This document shows positions 54,329 through 63,209 of a DNA stretch of 64,000 bases, piece by piece. The stretch lies in contig JAHYJO010000003.1 in the NCBI GenBank assembly GCA_019429125.1, positions 208-64,207 on the forward strand, in the 5' to 3' direction. This DNA comes from Nanobdellati archaeon. GTDB taxonomy: Archaea; EX4484-52; GLR71. The translations under genes were made by a program, and so were the position numbers. The notes under the pieces are model-generated. The model was given only the letters and a program-made list of their open reading frames with translations, was not told the DNA's origin and made no database searches. How positions within the stretch are numbered: the stretch's first letter is position 1; each line of letters begins with the position of its first letter.

Positions 54329-54496
54329 GGCACTGTTCAAAAAGTGAGTGATTTTGAATATTTTTTAAATATTGTTTGTTTATAAACTCCTGCAGAAATC
54401 CATTTAATATACACATTTCACTTCGAATTACAAAAGAAATAAAGGTATTTAATTAACTACATTCTGTTTGAAATCACTCAAAAAATGAACAGTGCC
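54329..54496 (+). mobile_element. MITE-A copy, 44 bp upstream of the hydrogenase operon start
   Basis: A perfect 8-bp duplication GTGTTTTA flanks it at 54321-28 and 54497-504. Confidence 0.9.
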
Positions 54497-54924
54497 GTGT
54501 TTTAGATTACAATCGTGTATAATGAACCTCTAAGAATTATGTTGACTGTTTATGAATTTTTTATTTTTGTTATTGCGTCATAGTGTTCTTCTAATGAGTC
54601 AATATCAAAATGGGTATGTCTTCTAATTCTTTTATTTTTAGCCATCCTTTTTTTTGAGAAGATTAACAACATTAATTGTTCACAAGGGCTTCTTAGATTT
54701 ATTATATTTATTTTATTTTCATGATTGCATAAAAACTAGGTGCACCATTAATTTTATGTCCTGTAGGTATTATCAATATATACTCTGGATGTGGGAATGA
54801 GAAAGGGTCAATAGGTAATTTTGAGAAATCGTAAACACATATCTTTTGATTATCTAGTGTGTAATTACAATAGGTATTTCTAGATCTATATATATGGTTT
54901 AAAATATTAAAAAGATTGTGTTTT

Positions 54925-55719
54925 TTATTTATTCTCTGTAACTTTTTTGAAAAAGTCTTTAAAGTCGTTAGGCCTTGTTAAGAATTCAAGATGTTCAGGA
55001 GCCTTAATCAGATTGTAGATTGATTCATCTTTTTTAAGGCCTAAAAGTTCAGGGTTTATAGGTTTCATCTCAGTCAGTTCTGAATGACATTTTGTGTGCG
55101 GGTTTTTGATGAAAACACGGTCTCCATCTTTTTTTAGCAGATAATAAGATAATCCATTATTTTTAAGGATTGGTTTGTAGTCACTTGTAAAGTTTCTTTC
55201 AACCCAGTTTGCGATTATTAGTATGTCATCTGTGGGATTTATTGTCACATGGCTATGGTTTGGGGGCACGATTATTATGTCTCCTTCTTTAGCATATATA
55301 TATGAAGTCTTTGTGTCTTTTCCGTCTTTTGTTTCTAGGATAAATAATGCATGACCATTTAAGACCTGGTATATTTCAGAATATGTTGTTTTTGTGCCAG
55401 GTATAAAAGGGTGGGCGTGTCCTTGCGTCTTGACATATTCATCACCCATGAGGTCCGGTGGGATGACTGTTATATCATATCTTAGGTTTGTTTCTTCTGT
55501 TGTTGTCTTATCTTTGGGTTTTGAGATGTCTCGGAACATGTAATACATTTTTCTTTTTGGGTTTACTTGATTGTACCAATCTTTGTTGGAAATCACATTT
55601 TTCATTTCTTCAATAGTTCTTATTGATTTTTTAAGCGGTTTTTCATTAAAGACTAAATCTTTAGTTGTGTTGTCATAATAAATATCCATACCAGTTATTT
55701 TTTCGATAAACATTTTCAT
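54925..55719 (-). CDS. pgiA: Cupin-type glucose-6-phosphate isomerase
   Basis: LRYDITVIPPDLMGDEYVKTQGHAHP...SEIYQVLNGHA...GDIIIVPPNHSHVTINP matches the archaeal cupin PGI pattern. Confidence 0.8.
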   Translation of the reverse strand: MKMFIEKITGMDIYYDNTTKDLVFNEKPLKKSIRTIEEMKNVISNKDWYNQVNPKRKMYYMFRDISKPKDKTTTEETNLRYDITVIPPDLMGDEYVKTQGHAHPFIPGTKTTYSEIYQVLNGHALFILETKDGKDTKTSYIYAKEGDIIIVPPNHSHVTINPTDDILIIANWVERNFTSDYKPILKNNGLSYYLLKKDGDRVFIKNPHTKCHSELTEMKPINPELLGLKKDESIYNLIKAPEHLEFLTRPNDFKDFFKKVTENK

Positions 55720-55770
55720 CTATTTTCACCAAAATATAATACCTTGACGGTAAATTTTCAAATATGTGAC

Positions 55771-56529
55771 TTATCGCATATCATCGAGAAATCCTTTCAT
55801 AGAATCCATTACTGTTCTTTTTGGTGCATCAAGACCTGTGATTTTGTGAGATATGCATCTGATTGAGTATGAACTGGAATTATGTGGTTTGTGTTCAAGG
55901 ATTGGTTTTCCTATAGCTATTGATTCTCTGACTTTCCTGTGGTCGTTTATTGTTCCTATTATAGGTAGTTCAAGAAATTCGGTTATGTCTTTTATCTGCA
56001 CTTCATATTTGTCATTTGTTGTCTTGTTGATTACAACACCTTTTATTGGGATGTTGTGTGTATTTGCAACCTTTTTTGCAAGAAGTGCGTTTGATAGTGC
56101 TGGAAGTTCAGGGTTTGTGATAATTATGCAGGAATCGGATGCCTCTATGGCTGAAGTCATCTCTTTGTTGACTCCTGCTGCAGCATCTATAAGTATAAAA
56201 TCATAATCGCCAAGGATGTCATAAAGTATATGTTTTAGCATTGCTGAATTTGCACCTAAGGAATTAAGGGATGCAGGTATTATGTTAAATCCTGAAGAAT
56301 GCCTGTATATAGCTTGTGTAATGAACGCGTCTTTGTTTAATACATCATTTAGTGATATCGGATAGACTGATGGTACACCAAGATGTATCCCTAAATTTGC
56401 ACCGGTAACATTTCCGTCAATGACTAAAACTTTCGCTTTGATTTTTGTTAGTGCAACTGCAAGATTTGAGACTAGAGTGGTTTTGCCTACACCACCTTTT
56501 CCTGAGATTATTGAAATTATTTCTGTCAT
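55771..56529 (-). CDS. minD: MinD/ParA-family ATPase
   Basis: Deviant Walker A: IISGKGGVGKTTL. Confidence 0.85.
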   Translation of the reverse strand: MTEIISIISGKGGVGKTTLVSNLAVALTKIKAKVLVIDGNVTGANLGIHLGVPSVYPISLNDVLNKDAFITQAIYRHSSGFNIIPASLNSLGANSAMLKHILYDILGDYDFILIDAAAGVNKEMTSAIEASDSCIIITNPELPALSNALLAKKVANTHNIPIKGVVINKTTNDKYEVQIKDITEFLELPIIGTINDHRKVRESIAIGKPILEHKPHNSSSYSIRCISHKITGLDAPKRTVMDSMKGFLDDMR

Positions 56530-56586
56530 TTTATCAAACCAACAATTATAGATTGTATGAACTAGTATTTATTATTAATTGATAAA

Positions 56587-57318
56587 TTAGCTTCTTTTTT
56601 CATTTTTCATACTTTCGTAAAGTATTCCACCATTTACTTTATCATAATCTGAAAGACGTCCTACATCTATCCAGTAATCACAGAATGGATAGCCGTATAT
56701 ATGTTTTTTTGATTCTATCAGTTTCGGTAATATGTGGTCTGTTATGTTTATAGGTTCTTGATGGTCTTTGTTTATTTCAGGTATGAAATTAAATATTTCT
56801 GGTTCAAGGCAGAAGATCATTGTGCCTGCATTGAACTTGAATTCAGGTTTTTCTTCAAATTTTGTTATCTTTTTATCTTCATCAAGTGAATAGACGCCAT
56901 ATTCAACTTTTTGTCTGAGCTCAAAAAGTGCAACAGATAGAATCCCGTCGTGTTTCTTGTGGAATTCTGTGAATTTTGTAAAATTTAAGTTTGTTAGATT
57001 GTCTCCACCGATTAGAAGGAAAGTTTCAGTGAGCTTATCTTTTATTAAGTTCAGACATCCTGCTGTACCGAGCGGTGTCTCTTCAGTTATATATTCAATT
57101 TTTACGCCGAGTTCTGAGCCGTCATTGAAATAGTTCTTAATTTGGTAACCTAAGTATCCTACAGAAATTATGAATTCAGTGATTCCATGATTTTTCATGT
57201 GCAGTATTATGTGTTCCATCATCGGTTTTTCGTTTATAGGGAGAAGTGGTTTTGGTACTGCGTATGTTAAAGGTCTTAATCTTGTGCCCTTTCCACCGGC
57301 AAGAATTACTGCTTTCAT
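56587..57318 (-). CDS. Sugar-phosphate nucleotidyltransferase
   Basis: MKAVILAGGKGTRLRPLTYAVPKPLLPI. Confidence 0.88.
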   Translation of the reverse strand: MKAVILAGGKGTRLRPLTYAVPKPLLPINEKPMMEHIILHMKNHGITEFIISVGYLGYQIKNYFNDGSELGVKIEYITEETPLGTAGCLNLIKDKLTETFLLIGGDNLTNLNFTKFTEFHKKHDGILSVALFELRQKVEYGVYSLDEDKKITKFEEKPEFKFNAGTMIFCLEPEIFNFIPEINKDHQEPINITDHILPKLIESKKHIYGYPFCDYWIDVGRLSDYDKVNGGILYESMKNEKRS

Positions 57319-57441
57319 TTAATCACTATCTTTGATATTGTGTTATTATATGTTTAAATATATATAGTTATTATTTCTGTTGCGTTAATGAATATCCCTA
57401 TTCTTAAGAGATAATTGTATTTGGGGTCTTTGTTTAAAAAA

Positions 57442-57527
57442 TGCGGGAGACGTGATTCGAACACGCGTAAGTACTAAACTACAGGGCCCTCAACCCTGCG
57501 CCATTGACCATGCTAGGCTACTCCCGC
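57442..57527 (-). tRNA. tRNA-Leu (anticodon GAG), long variable arm
   Basis: Acceptor GCGGGAG/CTCCCGC, anticodon stem CAGGG/CCCTG, loop TTGAGGG, T arm GCGTG-TTCGAAT-CACGT, discriminator A. Confidence 0.9.
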
Positions 57528-57567
57528 ATTAATATGGAATGATTGTATGTTCAATCTTTTAAAGGTT

Positions 57568-58104
57568 TTAGTTGTACAGCTCTTTGTTGTCCAGCTGTAT
57601 CAGTGCTATATTTATTGCATGTTTTGTGTAATCTTTGCGCTTGATTCTTCCTTTTGTTAGGATTCCGATTATTCTTTATCCCTGTTCTAGTTTTGAGTCT
57701 GATGTCAATCCGACTGAATTACAGGTCTGGGTCAGATCTTGATTGTTGTCAATTATGTTTCTTATGACTTTCGGCGGACATTCAAAAGATGGTGAGAATC
57801 CCAGACTTGTGTCTGTGCCGTTGTAGATTGCGCAGACTGTTACTTCTAGATGATTGGTTCTTGCGCTTTTTACTTTCATGAATCCGGATTCTATACCTAT
57901 GCTGTAATCGCAATTGTTATATGAGGCTTTTGCCCTGTTGATTGCGCCATTTACTGTTTCATCAATTGTCATCGGTTGGTCTTTCACATCTGAATTGACT
58001 TCTTTTGTAATTATTTCTGCGCTTGATAAGAATTCGTAATTTTTTATGGTCTTTCTCAATGCTTCAATCTTTACGATGTTTTTTGAGCCAATGTTTAGTT
58101 TCAT
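57568..58104 (-). pseudogene. Inosine/xanthosine triphosphatase (YjjX/DUF84 family) with one in-frame TAA
   Basis: ...DSKLEQG[TAA 57678..57676]RIIGILTKGRIKRKDYTKHAINIALIQLDNKELYN*. The conserved C-terminal G.LT.G...R segment lies after the stop. Confidence 0.65.
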
Positions 58105-58189
58105 GATTTAGTGATGGGTTTTATAATTTATATGTTTTGTCTTTTTTTGATTTTAGTTTTTAGAAAGGGTAGTAAAAATAAAGTATAAA

Positions 58190-58264
58190 TGCTCCCGCCG
58201 GGATTTGAACCCGAGTCACAAGATTGAGAGCCTTGCATGATTGGCCGGTCTACACTACGGGAGC
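58190..58264 (-). tRNA. tRNA-Glu (anticodon CTC)
   Basis: GCTCCCG...CGGGAGC acceptor, GTGTAGACCGGCCAATCAT D region typical of archaeal tRNA-Glu, anticodon loop CTCTCAA, T arm TCGGG-TTCAAAT-CCCGG. Confidence 0.88.
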
Positions 58265-58432
58265 ACGTACGGGCTTCAGATGATATGGAATCAAAGATTC
58301 CTGTCACCTCTTTAGGAGGAAGCCCGGGTATCTTTATGACACTCAAGTCATGGAATTAAAATTCTAATCTTTTCAGTATAGCTGAAAACTTTCAGCTTGA
58401 GGTCATGGTTAATATTTATTTGTTAATCCTAT

Positions 58433-58506
58433 GGACCGAGCCGGATTCGAACCGGCGATTCCCGCCACGTCAAGGCGATGTCATAACCAGGCTAGACCAT
58501 CGATCC
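58433..58506 (-). tRNA. tRNA-Val (anticodon GAC)
   Basis: Acceptor GGATCGA/TCGGTCC (one G-U), anticodon stem TCGCC/GGCGG, loop TTGACGT, T arm GCCGG-TTCGAAT-CCGGC. Confidence 0.88.
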
Positions 58507-58547
58507 AAAGATTAACAACAGTATTAAATGAGTAAATTTTATATAGT

Positions 58548-59597
58548 TTAGCTAAAATGTGATAATGTATATTTGAGTCTTACATTTTGTGTATTATATG
58601 AATGCTGTTCTAAATAGTGTGATAATCCATTATATAATCCACCATTAGTTTCTATTTCTGGAATTGTATTTGTGATTCCATTCCAGAAGTTATTAAGTGT
58701 TTTACCATTTTCTATACATGAAAGTTGTATCTGTTTGTTGTTAGTGATTAATCGTCTATTTGTTCCTTGTGCATCTGTCCATTTTACTGTTTCAGTAGGT
58801 ATCTCTATTTGTTGTTGGTATACTTTATGTGTTGTTTTGTTAGTTATTATATCTGAAAGATCTTTTGCGCTAATACTGAAATATGCAGAATTATTTTTGT
58901 ATTTTTGTTTTTCAAGTTCTGTTTTTAGGTTGTTTAACATATTTTGGCCATCATTTTTAATTGAGTCTATATCTAAATTAAGTCTTTTTAGTGTATTTTT
59001 TAAATTTGGATTATATTGAATTATATAATCAGAGGGTATGAATACAATATCTGTGGGTTGAATTTCTTTTGCAATATTTCGTGGTTCTTTTATGTTCATT
59101 ATATCTTTTTCAAGTGTGTATAAGTAACATATTATCATGAAATCTGAATTCCATTTGTCAGCAAGAGATATTTTGTATTTTAAGAATTGTTCAATGTTGA
59201 AACTTATTGAGGGTATTTTGTTTTTGTCTTTCATTTTGGCTTTCATTTCATATACATCTATTTTATTAGTTGTTGGGCATTGTTTTAGAAAATCTGGACA
59301 GAGTTGCATGTTCGGGTCAGTGATTTCTTCTTTATGTGTAATTATCCTGTCATATGCTTGGTCTAATTGTGTATATTCTGATGAATCATTAAATGTATGT
59401 ATATTTTTTTGTTCTAAATCAGAGAGGCATAATGTGTCTCTTGATAAATCATTAAAAAATTTGTTGAATTGTTTTATGTTGCCTGTAGGTGTGAGACCAA
59501 ATAGATTTGAAACGTGAAAAGAACTGATATGTGAGAGTACGTTTTTGTTCCTTTGTATTTGTGGATGATGATTTGTTTGTCTTTTTTTAATAGGCAT
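58548..59597 (-). CDS. Hypothetical protein (N/K/Q-rich, no recognisable domain)
   Basis: 349-aa ORF lying between tRNA-Gly and tRNA-Val. Confidence 0.55.
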   Translation of the reverse strand: MPIKKRQTNHHPQIQRNKNVLSHISSFHVSNLFGLTPTGNIKQFNKFFNDLSRDTLCLSDLEQKNIHTFNDSSEYTQLDQAYDRIITHKEEITDPNMQLCPDFLKQCPTTNKIDVYEMKAKMKDKNKIPSISFNIEQFLKYKISLADKWNSDFMIICYLYTLEKDIMNIKEPRNIAKEIQPTDIVFIPSDYIIQYNPNLKNTLKRLNLDIDSIKNDGQNMLNNLKTELEKQKYKNNSAYFSISAKDLSDIITNKTTHKVYQQQIEIPTETVKWTDAQGTNRRLITNNKQIQLSCIENGKTLNNFWNGITNTIPEIETNGGLYNGLSHYLEQHSYNTQNVRLKYTLSHFS

Positions 59598-59694
59598 TTA
59601 GATTATTGTACCGGAAAATTATTAAGTATATATATGTTTTATTAGGATTGGGTATTAATATTTTTATTATTTAAATATTTTAAGAAGTATAAAA

Positions 59695-59766
59695 TACGGC
59701 CTCCGGGATTTGAACCCGGGCCATCGGCTTGGAAGGCCGAGATCCTAGCCACTGGACTAAGGCCGT
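59695..59766 (-). tRNA. tRNA-Gly (anticodon TCC)
   Basis: Acceptor ACGGCCT/AGGCCGT (A1-U72), anticodon stem TCGGC/GCCGA, loop CTTCCAA, T arm CCGGG-TTCAAAT-CCCGG. Confidence 0.85.
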
Positions 59767-59811
59767 ACTTATATTGTTATTGTTTTTATGTTTTGTATGG
59801 TATATAATGTA

Positions 59812-60004
59812 TGGGGTCATAGGGATTTGAACCCTAATCCTCAGGTTTCTCCCAAGAATACAGTGTGTATCCTTATAAGACCTGTTAGTTAGATCATCGA
59901 GACGGTAAAGTCTCTCAGTTCTCCAGATCAATTAATTTTCCGAAAAATAACATTTTCGGGAGTTGTCTGGAGCCTAATATGCTGCCAGGTTACACCATGA
60001 CCCC
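59812..60004 (-). tRNA. tRNA-Trp (anticodon CCA) with a 120-nt intron at the canonical 37/38 site
   Basis: Exon 1 is 59967..60004 and exon 2 is 59812..59846. Anticodon stem TTAGG/CCTGA, loop CTCCAG^A. BHB: CTCC(32-35) pairs with intron GGAG, with 3-nt bulges AG^A and AA^A. Confidence 0.85.
59847..59966 (-). ncRNA. tRNA-Trp intron with a box C'/D'-like K-turn and an anticodon-loop guide
   Basis: Minus strand: TCTGGAG-AA-CTGA-GAGAC-TTTACC-GTCTC-GATGA (59927..59894). The guide is complementary to CTCCAGA (nt 32-38). Confidence 0.5.
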
Positions 60005-60119
60005 GTAACTTATCTTGTTTTTGCATAAATCTTTATATGTTTTAGTCTTTGAGTGAGTGGAATGTAGTTGGATTAATGTGAATTAAATTAAATAATATTT
60101 TTACATATTCTAAATCAGT

Positions 60120-60662
60120 TCATTTATCTTCAAAAATATATTGTGGGAGGAAGGTCCTCTTGTGATATTTGTAGAACTCAATTAGGTTGAAATTGTGGAT
60201 AATATCTTTAAATTCGTCCCTTATTTGCATAATTATGAATCATATCCTATTTTTTGTAGATGATTCTATGTCTATTTCAAGATTCCAGTCACCTACAGTC
60301 TTATTGATTGTGATTATCTCTTTTGTTTTGAGCATGTATTCTGTCAGGCTCTCTTCACTCTCTATGGTTAAGTTGTGCAATTTTAAAAATAACCTGCTTT
60401 TGTTTATATCTAGTTTACTTGTATCTAGGATGTATTTGAATCCTTTTATAATCTGGCACTGTCCAAAAAGTGAGTGATTTTGAATATTTTTTAAATATTG
60501 TTTGTTTATAAACTCCTGCAGATATCCATTTAATATACACATTTCACGTCGAATTACAAAATAAATTAAGGTATTTAATTAAATACATTTTGTTTGAAAT
60601 CACTCAAAAAATGAACTGTGCTATTTAACCATAATCTTTATATATATAGTAATTCCAATCAT
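60120..60662 (-). pseudogene. Remnant of a ligand-binding-domain-type (Lrp/AsnC-like) regulator, split by MITE-A and carrying an in-frame TGA
   Basis: Removing the MITE restores MIGITIYIKIIKGFKYILDTSKLD...TVGDWNLEIDIESSTKNRI[TGA 60242..60240]FIIMQIRDEFKDII...FLPQY. No HTH part remains. Confidence 0.45.
60455..60630 (+). mobile_element. MITE-A copy inserted in the regulator remnant
   Basis: The left TIR is canonical. The right end carries 9 extra nt before a 7-nt duplication ATAATCT (60448-54 and 60631-37). Confidence 0.8.
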
Positions 60663-60741
60663 ATTTAACTTTCTGAAAATTGTGAAAGTTGTAGTCAATT
60701 TATGTTGTATATTTATATTGTGGTAATATTTGTAATGGTAT

Positions 60742-61251
60742 GTGATGGGTATGGTTTTTCTTGCGCGAAATGAATTCATTGAACTTATGTCACAGAATTT
60801 TAAGCAGAACGGTTTTGATGATTGCGCATCTAAAATTGTGGCTATGCTTTATATTGAACCTACAGATATTTCATTAGAAACCGTATCAGAAAAGACTGGT
60901 TATAGTTTGTCTGCAATTAGTACTGTAATGAAGCCTCTTGTGGCGATGGGGTTTATAAAGAGAATTAAGAAATCACACTCCCGAAAAGTTTATTTTTTTA
61001 TGGAAAAAGATATTATCCCCTGTATGATTGATTATATGAAAAAAAATTATGAGCGTTCACTACTTATGTCAAAAGATGCGCTACCTAAAATAATTGAGAA
61101 GTACAAATCTAATAGACAAGAGGCGTCGGATGCTGAGCTTAAGATTATTGAGCAATATTATAATCAGGTTGTAGCTTTTGAAGAAATTACTAAACATTTT
61201 ATAGATGCACTTGAAAATTTGCAACAGATGTTCAGTAAAGACAAAGTATAA
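60742..61251 (+). CDS. GbsR/MarR-type winged-helix transcriptional regulator
   Basis: ...ASKIVAMLYIEPTDISLETVSEKTGYSLSAISTVMKPLVAMGFIKRIKKSHSRKVYF. Confidence 0.7.
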   Translation: MMGMVFLARNEFIELMSQNFKQNGFDDCASKIVAMLYIEPTDISLETVSEKTGYSLSAISTVMKPLVAMGFIKRIKKSHSRKVYFFMEKDIIPCMIDYMKKNYERSLLMSKDALPKIIEKYKSNRQEASDAELKIIEQYYNQVVAFEEITKHFIDALENLQQMFSKDKV

Positions 61252-61267
61252 TAGGAGTCATGATTAA

Positions 61268-61960
61268 ATGAAAAATGAAAAATTTATAATTGAACTGAAA
61301 GAGGTTAAGAAGATATATCGTATGGGAGAAATCGATGTGTCTGCGTTAAAGGGTGTATCTCTTGAAATTAAAAGGGGAGAATTCATCACAATTATGGGTC
61401 CGTCAGGTTCTGGCAAATCTACTCTAATGAATATGGTTGGTTGTCTTGATGTGCCTACACATGGTAAAATTTATCTTGATGGCAAGGATATATCTAAGAT
61501 GACTGAAAGTGGGCTTGCACAGATAAGGGGGAAGAAAATTGGTTTTGTGTTTCAAAAATTTAATCTTTTACAGACTCTTACAGCTTTAGAGAATGTCACA
61601 ATTCCTATGATGTTTCAAAATGTAGATGAGAATGTTCGAAAAAAGAGAGCATTGGAACTTTTGGAGATGGTCGGTCTATTAGACCGTGCCAATCATAAAC
61701 CTAGTGAGCTTTCAGGTGGACAGCAGCAAAGGGTGGCTATTGCGCGGTCTTTAGCAAATGACCCTGATGTTATACTTGCAGATGAACCTACAGGGAATCT
61801 TGATACTAAAACAGGTAAAGATATAATGGATATGCTTAAAAGATTGCATAAAAATGGCAAAACAATAATTATGGTGACGCACGATTCTAATGTTGCTAAA
61901 GAAGCAAAAAGAATAGTATTGATTAAAGATGGTATAGTAGTATCAAATAAAAAAGAGTGA
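61268..61960 (+). CDS. ABC transporter ATP-binding protein (MacB/LolD-type)
   Basis: [38 protein letters not shown]. Confidence 0.93.
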   Translation: MKNEKFIIELKEVKKIYRMGEIDVSALKGVSLEIKRGEFITIMGPSGSGKSTLMNMVGCLDVPTHGKIYLDGKDISKMTESGLAQIRGKKIGFVFQKFNLLQTLTALENVTIPMMFQNVDENVRKKRALELLEMVGLLDRANHKPSELSGGQQQRVAIARSLANDPDVILADEPTGNLDTKTGKDIMDMLKRLHKNGKTIIMVTHDSNVAKEAKRIVLIKDGIVVSNKKE

Positions 61961-63189
61961 TATATATGAAAATGAAAAAATATGGTATTTTTGCACTGAT
62001 GGTGCTTTTAATAAGCATCATGTCAACAGCTGCATATGCGGTGTCTGAAGCATCGCTTGGGGTTTCTGTCGCAAGGTATGAGCCTGATCCTGTTGAACCT
62101 GGGTCTTATTTTGATATATGGTTTAAGGTGGATAATATCGGTGGTGACATAGCAAAGAATGCAACTCTTATATTTGAGCCGTCGTTTCCATTCACGACAG
62201 ATGATGCTACTGTAAATGTTATAGGCCTGCTTAATCAATTAGACTCTAGCATGGTAAAATATCGTATAAGGGTTCATGAGAATGCAGTTGAAGGAGTATC
62301 TAAGTTAAATATAAAGTATAGTGCAAATCCATCAAAAAACATAATTATATCTAACTCTTTTGATGTACATATACAGACATTTGATGCTGATATTAATTTG
62401 GTGTCCATGTCAACAATACCATCTCAATTGTTACCAGGTAGTCATGGAGAAGTAAGATTAATATTTAAAAATACTGCGGATTCCTTGCTTAAGAATGTAA
62501 AAGTTACTATGGACTTAAGCGGCGTAGCTATACCTTTTGCACCTATGGGTAAATCAACTACAAACATAATAAAGAATATGGCAGGTGGTGAAGAGACTAT
62601 AATTGTATTTGAAATAATTGCAAAACCAGATGCATTAAGCGGTATATACAAAGTGCCTGTTACTATTACATTCTCAGATAATGTGGGTAATGATTACACG
62701 CGGTCTGAGATAGTCAGCATAGTTATTGGTGGTGTTCCAGATTTATTGACTTATGTAGAATCAGATACATTATTTTTGAGTGGGTACTCTGGAGATATCA
62801 GAGTAAACATTGTAAATAAAGGTCTTGTTGATGTAAAGGCAGTAACTGTAAAAGTGTTGGATACGGATGAATTTGAGCTTCTGTCAAACGATGAGATTTA
62901 TATAGGTAATATTGATTCAGATGATTTTGATAGCGCTGGTTATACGATACATGTGCCACAAACTTTTTCAGGAGAACTGTCTGTGCCTGTGAGAATTAAT
63001 TATATGAGCGCAAACAACGATGTATATGAAGTGTATGAAGATCTTATTGTGCGTGTGTATACGCTTTCTGAAGCACAGTCTTTAGGTCTTGTAGCTAAGA
63101 GTTCTGCAACTACGATATATGTTCTTTTATTTTTGTTTATGTTAGGATATATTGTTTACAAGAAACGTAAAAATAAAAAGAATAAATAA
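61957..63189 (+). CDS. Exported S-layer-domain-like protein with a C-terminal TM anchor (ABC-associated)
   Basis: Signal-like N-terminus, repeated beta-rich modules, C-terminal TM plus a KKRKNKKNK tail. It overlaps the ATPase stop by 4 nt. Confidence 0.7.
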   Translation: MIYMKMKKYGIFALMVLLISIMSTAAYAVSEASLGVSVARYEPDPVEPGSYFDIWFKVDNIGGDIAKNATLIFEPSFPFTTDDATVNVIGLLNQLDSSMVKYRIRVHENAVEGVSKLNIKYSANPSKNIIISNSFDVHIQTFDADINLVSMSTIPSQLLPGSHGEVRLIFKNTADSLLKNVKVTMDLSGVAIPFAPMGKSTTNIIKNMAGGEETIIVFEIIAKPDALSGIYKVPVTITFSDNVGNDYTRSEIVSIVIGGVPDLLTYVESDTLFLSGYSGDIRVNIVNKGLVDVKAVTVKVLDTDEFELLSNDEIYIGNIDSDDFDSAGYTIHVPQTFSGELSVPVRINYMSANNDVYEVYEDLIVRVYTLSEAQSLGLVAKSSATTIYVLLFLFMLGYIVYKKRKNKKNK

Positions 63190-63209
63190 ATGTTGCGATG
63201 TGATCTGAT

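Noticed and set aside
54550-54645. 31-aa minus-strand ORF (MAKNKRIRRHTHFDIDSLEEHYDAITKIKNS) and another start-less open frame in the 54.5-54.9 kb spacer.
   Set aside because: They are too short and carry no recognisable motif. They may be debris of lost genes upstream of the hydrogenase operon.
58128-58346. 72-aa track ORF, and likewise 59680..59931.
   Set aside because: Both overlap tRNA genes (Glu; Gly and Trp) on the same strand. Their GC-rich translations derive from tRNA sequence.
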